Below, one piece after another: positions 51,218 to 58,601 of a stretch of DNA of 64,000 nt. Below the pieces are notes generated by a model. The model worked only from the letters and a program-made list of their open reading frames with translations. It was not told the origin of the DNA and made no database searches. The translations under genes were made by a program, and so were the position numbers. The stretch lies in the NCBI GenBank assembly GCA_965208535.1, contig CBDBOU010000002.1:2883701-2947700 (forward strand), in the 5' to 3' direction. The DNA comes from Vicinamibacterales bacterium. Its GTDB lineage: Bacteria; Acidobacteriota; Vicinamibacteria; Vicinamibacterales; UBA8438. Within the stretch, counting starts at the first letter, position 1; each line of letters opens with the position of its first letter.

Positions 51218-52531
51218 TCACTCGTTCTTCGCGTCGCCTGCCGGCTTCGAAGCCGATGCGTCCGATGCTCCGCTCTCGGCGGCTGACGCTTGTTCGGATT
51301 CGCTCGACGCACCCTCGGGTCCCTGCGCGTCGGAGCCGGCACTCTCCGGTGCGGATGCGGTCTCGGCAGCGGCGCTGGCCCCCTCGTCGGCAGCCGGCTC
51401 GGCGGCGTCGGATTCCGCTTCCGCGGTGGCGGCCGCTGCCGGCGTAGCCCCGGATTCCGCCCGGGTATCCGTTTCGGCCGCGGCGGCGTCGGCTTCCGCT
51501 GCAGACGCTTCAGTTGCTTCCGGCTCGGCTGCCTCGGCGGCACTCTCCGAGGACGGCTCTTGCGGTTGTTCGGCTGCCGCCTCAGCACCAGACTCCGCAG
51601 CGCCCGTAGCCGCCGGCCCCTCCTCGACTTCGGCGGCACTTGCGCCGGCCGGTGCTGCTTCGACCGCCGCGGTTTCCGCGGAGGCTGTCGCCGGCTCGCC
51701 GGCCGGCTCGGCCGCGGCTTCTTCCGCGGGCTGTTCGGCCGGCGCTGCGGCCGAGGCCGGCTCGGCCGGTGCGCCTGCGGCTGCCTCGGCGGCAACCTTT
51801 GCCGGCGCGGCTTCGGGCTCCTCGTCGACCGGAACCGCCGCGAAAGGCGGGGCCGCGTCCGTCATCTCGTCCCGGCGGGCCGCCGAGTAGACGAGCAGGC
51901 CGCTGCCGGCGAACAGGAGGATCCAACCCCATTCCCACTGAATCGAGGCCATCGTCGCCGGCGCCAGACCCTCGTGGGGATTGCCGGCCAGCGTGGGGCT
52001 CCCGCCGGAGCGGGCGTCGGAAATCGTCTCCTGCACTCCGAGGAACGTCCACAGGACGACGGCCAAACTGCCGAGCGCGGGTACGATCACCTGCTTCCAG
52101 CGGCCCGTGAAGGCGAGGGCCAGCGACGACGCGGCCATCAGGAGCAGGATGTAGCCGTCGCCGTATCCCGAGCGGAAGAAGTCGATGTCGCCGACGAACG
52201 AGAACGACACGATCGGGCTGAAGATGCCGACGAGCAGGAGAATCGCCGCCGTGACGGCCAGCGTCTGCCGGCCGGGCCGCGTGTCGACAGGGCGTTCGGT
52301 GAAGAAGAGCCGCGCCGCTACCCAGTACAGGACGAGGACGACCGCGAGCCATTTCAGAAAGCCGTAGTGCACGACGTCGTCGGGCTGGAACCTCGCCATC
52401 AGGACGTTCGGATACAGCGCCACGATGTAGAACAACAGGGCGCCGAGAATCCACAGGACGATGCGTTGCGGCAGCGTGGGACGAGCGGGTGTGTCGGGCA
52501 CTCGGAGTTCCTCCCCTGGAGCGGTAAGCAT
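51218..52531 (-). CDS. Polytopic membrane protein with a ~210-aa polyanionic Ala/Glu/Pro/Ser-rich C-terminal tail
   Basis: ATG 52531. About 6 hydrophobic helices occupy the first ~220 aa. The tail is low-complexity with many E/D and almost no K/R. No family is recognised. Confidence 0.7.
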   Translation of the reverse strand: MLTAPGEELRVPDTPARPTLPQRIVLWILGALLFYIVALYPNVLMARFQPDDVVHYGFLKWLAVVLVLYWVAARLFFTERPVDTRPGRQTLAVTAAILLLVGIFSPIVSFSFVGDIDFFRSGYGDGYILLLMAASSLALAFTGRWKQVIVPALGSLAVVLWTFLGVQETISDARSGGSPTLAGNPHEGLAPATMASIQWEWGWILLFAGSGLLVYSAARRDEMTDAAPPFAAVPVDEEPEAAPAKVAAEAAAGAPAEPASAAAPAEQPAEEAAAEPAGEPATASAETAAVEAAPAGASAAEVEEGPAATGAAESGAEAAAEQPQEPSSESAAEAAEPEATEASAAEADAAAAETDTRAESGATPAAAATAEAESDAAEPAADEGASAAAETASAPESAGSDAQGPEGASSESEQASAAESGASDASASKPAGDAKNE

Positions 52532-52589
52532 GCCCCTGCCGGCTGCACGGTGTCAAACGCCGCGGGTTCGCGCGCCGGCGGTATGATCG

Positions 52590-53138
52590 ATGTCCATGGT
52601 ATGTCGCCCCGGCGAGCCCGCGCTTCCCTTCCGGCTGTCGGACCATGAGGGCCGTCTGCATACGCTGGAGGGATGCAGCGGGCGTTGGCTCCTGCTCGTG
52701 TTCCATCGTCACCTGCGTTGACTGCCGTGCCGCAGGCACCTGCTGCAGTTGCGGCAGGCGGAACGGGAGCTGGACGCGCTGGCGGTCCGTGTTCTCGTGG
52801 TGACGTTTGAGCCCCCTGCGGCCGCTCGCGCATACGTCTCCGAGACGAAGACGCGCTGGCCGGTGCTCAGCGACGAGTCGCGTTCGCTCTACCGGGAGTA
52901 CGGGATGGGCCGCGCGCGGTGGCGCCACCTGCTCGGGCCGGCCGCTCTGCTCGCGTACGTCCGTGAAGCCGCGCGGGGACAGCTCCCGCGCTGGCCGGCC
53001 TCCGATCCGATGCAGCAGGGGGGCGACGTTCTGGTCGATCCGGGCGGCATCGTGCGGCTGGTGCACGTCGGAGCGGGACCTGGTCACCGGCCGCCGGTGG
53101 AGCGGCTGCTCGCGGTGTGTCGCGCGGCCGGGCACTGA
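52590..53138 (+). CDS. Peroxiredoxin-like (AhpC/TSA_2-type) thioredoxin-fold protein; candidate selenoprotein with in-frame TGA at 52719-52721
   Basis: One frame reads MSMVCRPGEPALPFRLSDHEGRLHTLEGCSGRWLLLVFHRHLR-TGA-LPCRRHLLQLRQAERELDALAVRVLVVTFE...QQGGDVLVDPGGIVRLVH. The TGA sits at the first Cys of the family motif F.RH.GC..CR. The ORF track only calls 52749..53138 from a TTG. Confidence 0.6.
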
Positions 53139-53176
53139 TCTGCTGATCGGCCACGGTCGTTTCCCGTGGTTCCGCT

Positions 53177-53776
53177 TCAGGGAGCGTAGGCTCGGCGGTC
53201 GGCCTGGAGTAGCACGCCCCACGTCTCGTTGAAAGGGTGTACTCCGCGCACGGCGGTGTCGCCGCGGAAGAGAGGCCGGTCCTCGTTCGCCCAGCGGAAG
53301 ATCGATCCGCTCAGGTTGTGGACGTCCGCGAGCCCGCGCTCGCGGAGCGCCGCCACCAGGCGGGCGGAGCGGAATCCGACCGAGCAGTACGCCACGACGG
53401 CGGCGCCCGCGGGCGCCGCGCGGAGAAGCTCCTCGGCGTGATCCGGCGACGCTGCCCGCACGGCATCCTGCAGGTGGCTCACTGCGAATTCATCCGCCTG
53501 GCGCACGTCGAGCAGCAGGAGGGAGCGCGTCGGATCCTGCATCATCCGGCTCAGGGTGGCGGGGTCTACGGAGGGAACGTCGGGGAACGCTTCCTGGATG
53601 CGTGCTTCCACTCCCGTCCAGGTGATGTCGGACGTCGGGCTCCCGCAGGCGGCCAGTGCGACCAGAACGGCGAGCAGAACGCTTCCCGGGAGTCCGCGGC
53701 AAGACCCCCGCCGCTGCGTTCGCGCGGCGCGGCATGCCGCGTGGACGGCGTTGCTCTTCGGTCGACCGTGGTTCAT
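53177..53776 (-). CDS. Rhodanese-like domain lipoprotein
   Basis: Lipobox LAAC; rhodanese fold with active-site loop YCSVGFRS. The start is uncertain (ATG 53776, or ATG 53797 overlapping the upstream stop). The N-terminal codons lie inside repeat E. Confidence 0.75.
   Translation of the reverse strand: MNHGRPKSNAVHAACRAARTQRRGSCRGLPGSVLLAVLVALAACGSPTSDITWTGVEARIQEAFPDVPSVDPATLSRMMQDPTRSLLLLDVRQADEFAVSHLQDAVRAASPDHAEELLRAAPAGAAVVAYCSVGFRSARLVAALRERGLADVHNLSGSIFRWANEDRPLFRGDTAVRGVHPFNETWGVLLQADRRAYAP
53689..53765 (-). repeat. Repeat E copy (overlaps the 5' end of the rhodanese ORF)
   Basis: The reverse complement TCGACCGAAGAGCAACGCCGTCCACGCGGCATGCCGCGCC..GTCTTGCCGCGGACTCC aligns with 19478-19551. 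Confidence 0.6.
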
Positions 53777-53793
53777 CGCACGGGGACGCAGGA

Positions 53794-54972
53794 TCATGGC
53801 AGCTCGCCGCCGCCGGCCCGCCGCACCGCGCGCTCGAAGAAGCGGGCGCCGACCGCGAGCACGCCCTCGTCCACGTTGAAGCGGGGATGGTGCAACGGAA
53901 TGTACTCACCGTCGGCGCTCGCCCCGAAACGCACGTAGCATCCGGGCGTATCCTGCAGGAAATAGGAGAAATCCTCGGCGCCCATGCTGGGATGCTCCTG
54001 CCGGACGATGCCGCGGTCGGAAACGACGTCCCGTGCGGCGGCGGCCGCGACGGTGGTCTCGCGCTTCGTATTGACGACCGCGGGGCAGCTTTCGCCGATG
54101 GTGACCTCTATCCGGGCCCGGTAGAGCTCGCCGAGCGACCGCGCGGCGCGGTGTATTCCGTCGACGATCTCCTCGCGCGTCTCGGGCCGGGTCGTGCGGA
54201 TGATGCCTTCGAGCACGGCGTGGCCGGCGATGATGTTCGCGGCGGTTCCCGCGTGGACCGACCCGATGGTGATTACGGACGGTGACACCGGGTTCACGTG
54301 GCGCGACACGAGGGACTGCAGGGCGGTGATGAGGAATCCCGTCACCACCACCGCATCGATGGCTTCATGCGGGCGCGCACCGTGTCCGCTCTCGCCGTGG
54401 ACGTCGATGCTGAAGCGGTCCGAGTGGGCGGTGATGGTCCCGTCGGCCACCATGATCTCACCCACCCGGTACTGCGTCGTGACGTGTCCCGCGAAGATGG
54501 CGTCGACGCCTTCCAGGGCGCCGGCACGCACCATGACCCTGGCGCCGTTGCCTCGCTCCTCGGCGGGCTGGAACACGAAGACGACCGATCCCGGGGGCGG
54601 ATCGGCGGCCAGACGCGCCGCCGTGCCCAGCACCATCGCCATGTGGACATCATGGCCGCAGGCGTGCATGCGGCCCGGAACCGCGGAGGCGAACGGCAGG
54701 CCCGTCTCCTCGGAACAGGGGAGCGCGTCCATTTCCGCGCGCAAGGCGATGCGGGGACCGGGATCCGTGCCGGCCAGGCGCCCGATGATGCCGCCTCCCT
54801 TGCCGCCGTACTCGTACGGGATGCCCAGTCGCTCGAGCTCCGCCATGATGGTCCGCGCCGTCTCGACCTCCTCGTAGGCCAGCTCCGGTCGAAGGTGGAA
54901 GGTCCGGCGCAGCTCCCGCATGCGCGCAACAGTCGATTCCAGCGGCGGGACCGTGACGGCAGTGTCGGACAT
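53794..54972 (-). CDS. M20 family amidohydrolase (N-acyl-amino acid / hippurate hydrolase type)
   Basis: ELRRTFHLRPELAYEE, RAEMDALP, MHACGHDVH, and FQPAEE are hallmarks of the M20D subfamily. Confidence 0.9.
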   Translation of the reverse strand: MSDTAVTVPPLESTVARMRELRRTFHLRPELAYEEVETARTIMAELERLGIPYEYGGKGGGIIGRLAGTDPGPRIALRAEMDALPCSEETGLPFASAVPGRMHACGHDVHMAMVLGTAARLAADPPPGSVVFVFQPAEERGNGARVMVRAGALEGVDAIFAGHVTTQYRVGEIMVADGTITAHSDRFSIDVHGESGHGARPHEAIDAVVVTGFLITALQSLVSRHVNPVSPSVITIGSVHAGTAANIIAGHAVLEGIIRTTRPETREEIVDGIHRAARSLGELYRARIEVTIGESCPAVVNTKRETTVAAAAARDVVSDRGIVRQEHPSMGAEDFSYFLQDTPGCYVRFGASADGEYIPLHHPRFNVDEGVLAVGARFFERAVRRAGGGELP

Positions 54973-55005
54973 CGGTTCTATTCTACGGGGCCGCGGAAAC
55001 CCGCG

Positions 55006-56463
55006 TCAGGCACGGAGGAGCCGCGGGAGCGTTTCGTTGACCGCCCGCTCTGCCGCATCCTGCGTATCGCCCAGCGCGATGACGTCGAACTTGCCGAACC
55101 TGGCCAACGGACCGACATTGTAGAAGATGAAGCGGCCGGTTCCCCGGGCCGGGTCGAATGTCTCGTTCGCAACCAGTTCCAGCAGGTGCTCGAAGCATGC
55201 CCCGACCAGGCGCCGGACGGTCAGGTCCTGCGCGCGATAGGGAGGCCGCGCGCCGCGGGTGCGGGTCACCAGTCGGTCGACGAGCTGCATCGGCGTGCTG
55301 GTGCCGCCCCAGCGGCCGTTGCATTCGGTAAACCGGATGCGGAAGTCGCCGTGCGGGTCGCCCAGCACGAGGTGGTCGAACGAGCAACGGCCGACGTAGC
55401 CGAGCGCCTGCAACCCCTCGGCCACCCTCCGGGCCGCTTGCGCCAAGCGGCCGTTGAGGCGTCCCGGCAGGGTGCTCGGTCGGCTGCCGACGAAGACCTT
55501 CCGCTTGCCCTCGAGGATCTGTTCGTAGATTCCGTCGAGACGCGGCGGGCCGGTCGCGGCGGGCGGGATCCACCACTGGGTCGACGGCGACGACGAGGCT
55601 GTTTCCCAGGCGACTGCCAGCACGGTCTCGCCCGCTGTCCACTCCGTGCGTTCCAGGAACGCGGCGACCATCCGTGCGACCGCTTCCGGCGACCGATCGC
55701 GCAGTGCGGCGCTCTCGAAGACCTCGTTTCCCATCGCCGACGCGCAGCGGGTTCGCTTCAGGCCGACCGCGGCGTGGGTCGAGGCCAGCGCCCGCAGCTC
55801 GGCCGCTATGGCGGGGACCGTGTTGCCGCGGCGGGTCTCCGGCGTCCAGCCTGGACCGAGGACCGCGCAGACCACCTCGTCGAACAGCGCCTTGTCGTTG
55901 GCGATCCAGGTGACCGGCGGCGGAGGACCCAGCACGCTGACGCTGGCCGCAGCCCGATCGTCGACGCGCCGGGCGAGCTCCCAGACCGGCTCGATCGCCA
56001 TGTACGGATGGATCACGAGCCGGCCGCGGTGGCGGGCGAGGTCCGTGATCCGGTCGAAGGCTTCACCGGCCATGCAGCCCTCGGCCACCGCCAGGGGCGA
56101 GGTGGCCCGGACCGTGTTCGTGGCGATGCGGGTCGCCGGACCGAGACGAAGGTGGTCGGCGCAGTAGGTCTCGTAGACCTTCTCGGCTCCTGTCACCGTG
56201 GCGTACGCATCGCCTGGCGCTGCGCGCACCCTGGCCCGATGCTGATACTCCTCGACGCCGGCGATGCCGGAGAGGAAGGGAATCGCCGACACGTCCTCCA
56301 GGTGGAGCGTCGGCGCCGGCGGTCCGTCGGGCCGCCAACGAAGGCTCGCGTACGGGCGTACGCGCTCGGCCAGCCCCAGCCGGTCTGCAATGTGTCCTAC
56401 CCGATCGGCGGCTGTCGACGGCGCTGGTCCCAGAACTCCGCCTCGCGGCGTTCTGCGGCGCAA
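55006..56463 (-). CDS. ATP-grasp fold protein, PGM1-like peptide-ligase family (tentative)
   Basis: The C-terminal block ALGYVGRCSFDHLVLGD..IRFTECNGRWGGTSTP fits the ATP-grasp Mg/ATP site pattern (E.N.R..G). The family name is recalled from memory and not verified. The start is uncertain. Confidence 0.6.
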   Translation of the reverse strand: MRRRTPRGGVLGPAPSTAADRVGHIADRLGLAERVRPYASLRWRPDGPPAPTLHLEDVSAIPFLSGIAGVEEYQHRARVRAAPGDAYATVTGAEKVYETYCADHLRLGPATRIATNTVRATSPLAVAEGCMAGEAFDRITDLARHRGRLVIHPYMAIEPVWELARRVDDRAAASVSVLGPPPPVTWIANDKALFDEVVCAVLGPGWTPETRRGNTVPAIAAELRALASTHAAVGLKRTRCASAMGNEVFESAALRDRSPEAVARMVAAFLERTEWTAGETVLAVAWETASSSPSTQWWIPPAATGPPRLDGIYEQILEGKRKVFVGSRPSTLPGRLNGRLAQAARRVAEGLQALGYVGRCSFDHLVLGDPHGDFRIRFTECNGRWGGTSTPMQLVDRLVTRTRGARPPYRAQDLTVRRLVGACFEHLLELVANETFDPARGTGRFIFYNVGPLARFGKFDVIALGDTQDAAERAVNETLPRLLRA

Positions 56464-56467
56464 TCTC

Positions 56468-56893
56468 CTACCCTCGCTTGCTGCGCTCGTGCCGGAAGAC
56501 GGCGAACGCGGCGTCGGTGCGGGTCGGATTGACCTTGCCCTGAAAGAAAGCGCCGTCGGCGATCACGAGCCGTTCGGTGAGGATCTGGGCGTCGACGACG
56601 GTCGCCCCCTTCGCAAGCTCGACGCGGTCGGCGACCAGCCGTCCGGTCGCCCGGCCGCGCACCGTGATGTGGCGGGCGAGCAATTCGCCACTCACCCTGC
56701 CGCTGCGGCCAATCGCGACGTCATGGTCCGGAATGAAGATTCTGCCGTCGAACACACCTTCGACGATCAGGTGCTCCGCCGCCCGGATCTCGCCGGTCGC
56801 CTCGAAGCCGTCTCCCAGCGACGAGATGCCTTCCGGCAGGTCGAACTCGGGGAGCGAGCCGGGGCCGCCGCTCACCGACCGCGGTGTGGACAT
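56468..56893 (-). CDS. Bactofilin
   Basis: ATG 56893 lies 8 nt after the tRNA-Gly 3' end. HLIVEGVFDGRIFIPDHDVAIGRSGRVSGELLARHITVRGRATGRLVADRVELAKGATVVDAQILTERLVIADGAFFQGKV matches DUF583 repeats. The ORF-track N-terminus overlapping the tRNA is rejected. Confidence 0.8.
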   Translation of the reverse strand: MSTPRSVSGGPGSLPEFDLPEGISSLGDGFEATGEIRAAEHLIVEGVFDGRIFIPDHDVAIGRSGRVSGELLARHITVRGRATGRLVADRVELAKGATVVDAQILTERLVIADGAFFQGKVNPTRTDAAFAVFRHERSKRG

Positions 56894-56900
56894 GGGGTGC

Positions 56901-56975
<75 letters not shown>

Positions 56976-57091
56976 TCGTCCGAGGCATGATCTCATTCTA
57001 GCACCCGCGACAGGCGGAGCGTCCTGACCTGCCTCGCGCCGGGCCGGGAGCGGTCGCCGCAGACGCCGGCGGCGCTGAGCCAAGTGCCGAG

Positions 57092-57243
57092 GCGCAAGGT
57101 TATGGAGCGGCGGGATGGGCCGAAACGCCGGAGCGGGGAGGCGTTTTCGGGGCGCTGGCCCGACAATCGTCGCCTGCGGCTCCGATTGCCGCCAACCGGG
57201 CCTGGCCAGGAGTCTGCGCCGTTTCTACGGCGCAGACTCCTGG
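57092..57243 (+). repeat. Composite repeat: R1 distal hairpin + module D + hairpin B
   Basis: GCGCAAGGTTATGGAGCGGCGGGATGGGCCGAAACGCCGGAGCGGGGAGGCGTTTTCGGGGCGCTGG (as in 60440-60509), then GCCCGACAATCGTCGCCTGCGGCTCCGATTGCCGCCAACCGGGCCTGG (reverse complement of 37364-37412), then CCAGGAGTCTGCGCCGTTTCTACGGCGCAGACTCCTGG. Confidence 0.75.
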
Positions 57244-58601
57244 CGCCGGATGATGGAAAGCACCTCGTCGCGCTGCCGTTCCATTTGGGCCCGACTCGTT
57301 GCCTCCAAGTTGAGGCGAATGAGCGGCTCCGTGTTCGAGGGGCGGACGTTGAAGTGCCACGTGTCGTACTCCACCGAGACGCCGTCCAGCCGGTACACAT
57401 GTCCGTCCCGGTAGCGCGCGGCAAGCCGGTCCATCGTGGCGTTCACGGCTTCCATGTCCGACATGCGCGTGTTTATCTCTCCCGAGATGAAGTACGTCTC
57501 TCGCAGCGGCGCCAGCAGGTCGCCGAGCGTCCGGCCGTGGACCGACATGAGCTCGAGCAGGAGCAGGGCCGGAATGAACCCGTTGTCGGCGAAGAAGTTG
57601 TCGCGGAAGTAGTAGTGTCCGGTGACCTCGCCGCCGAACAGCGCATCCTCCTCCCGCATCCTGGCCTTGAAGAACGCGTGTCCGACGCGGTTCATCAGGG
57701 CCGTGCCGCCGTAGGTCGCCACGGTGTCCTTCACCGCGTGGCTGGCGCGCACGTCGTAGATGATCTTCGCACCGGGCTGCTTGCGCAGGAAAGCCTCGGC
57801 CAGCAGCGCCGTGATGAAGTCGCCGGCGACGAACTCGCCGTCGCCGTCGACGAAGAAGCAGCGGTCGGCGTCGCCGTCCCAGGCGATGCCGACGTCCGCG
57901 CCGTCGGCCTTGACACGCGCGACGAGATCGCGCCGATTCTCCTCGATCAGAGGATTCGCTTCGTGGTGCGGGAACGTCCCGTCGACCTCGAAGCACAACC
58001 GTGTCGTGCGGCACGGCAACCGGTCGAACAGGTGCGGAGCCACCAGGCCGGCGATACCGCTGCCGGCGTCGAGCACGAGGTCGAAGGGCCGGACGGCTTC
58101 GACGTCGATGAAGGAGAAGACGTGCTCGATGTACCCGTCGAGGATGTCGGCGTGCGAGCGCCTTCCCGCAGAACGTGGCGCCGGCGGGATTCCGTCGGCC
58201 AGCACCATGTCCCGGATGTCGCCGATGCCGGCGTCGCCGCTCAGCGGCAGGGCCTGCCGCCGCACGAGCTTCATCCCGATGTACTCCTTCGGGTTGTGCG
58301 ACGCGGTGATCATCGCGCCACCGTCGAGATCGTCACGGGCGACACCGTAGTAGAGCATGTCGGTGCCGATCATCCCGTGATCGACCACGTCGGCTCCCTG
58401 CCGCAGTGCGCCGTCGATGAACGCCGCCGCGATTTCCGGGGCGCTGGTCCGCATGTCTCTCCCGACGGCGATGCGCTCGGCGCCGAGATAGGCGACAAAC
58501 GCCCGCCCGATCTGCCGCGCCGCGTCCGCGGTGATCTCGGCGTCGTACACGCCGCGCACGTCATAGGCCTTGAAGATGCTCGGATCGGTCGTGTGAGTCA
58601 T
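57225..58601 (-). CDS. Phosphomannomutase/phosphoglucomutase
   Basis: IFKAYDVRG and the ITASHNP active-site Ser loop; 458 aa from ATG 58601. The last codons RQESAP-stop lie in hairpin B. Confidence 0.9.
   Translation of the reverse strand: MTHTTDPSIFKAYDVRGVYDAEITADAARQIGRAFVAYLGAERIAVGRDMRTSAPEIAAAFIDGALRQGADVVDHGMIGTDMLYYGVARDDLDGGAMITASHNPKEYIGMKLVRRQALPLSGDAGIGDIRDMVLADGIPPAPRSAGRRSHADILDGYIEHVFSFIDVEAVRPFDLVLDAGSGIAGLVAPHLFDRLPCRTTRLCFEVDGTFPHHEANPLIEENRRDLVARVKADGADVGIAWDGDADRCFFVDGDGEFVAGDFITALLAEAFLRKQPGAKIIYDVRASHAVKDTVATYGGTALMNRVGHAFFKARMREEDALFGGEVTGHYYFRDNFFADNGFIPALLLLELMSVHGRTLGDLLAPLRETYFISGEINTRMSDMEAVNATMDRLAARYRDGHVYRLDGVSVEYDTWHFNVRPSNTEPLIRLNLEATSRAQMERQRDEVLSIIRRQESAP

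Noticed and set aside
51240-51800. Quasi-repetitive GC-rich tract considered as a tandem repeat or CRISPR-like array
   Set aside because: There are no regular repeat-spacer units. It is explained by the low-complexity A/E/P/S coding tail of the 51218..52531 gene.
49704-51890. 728-aa plus-strand ORF running from inside the DUF1501 gene across the terminator into the acidic-tail gene
   Set aside because: It is an alternative frame of DUF1501, then antisense to the membrane-protein tail. It crosses a perfect intrinsic terminator and has no coherent domain.
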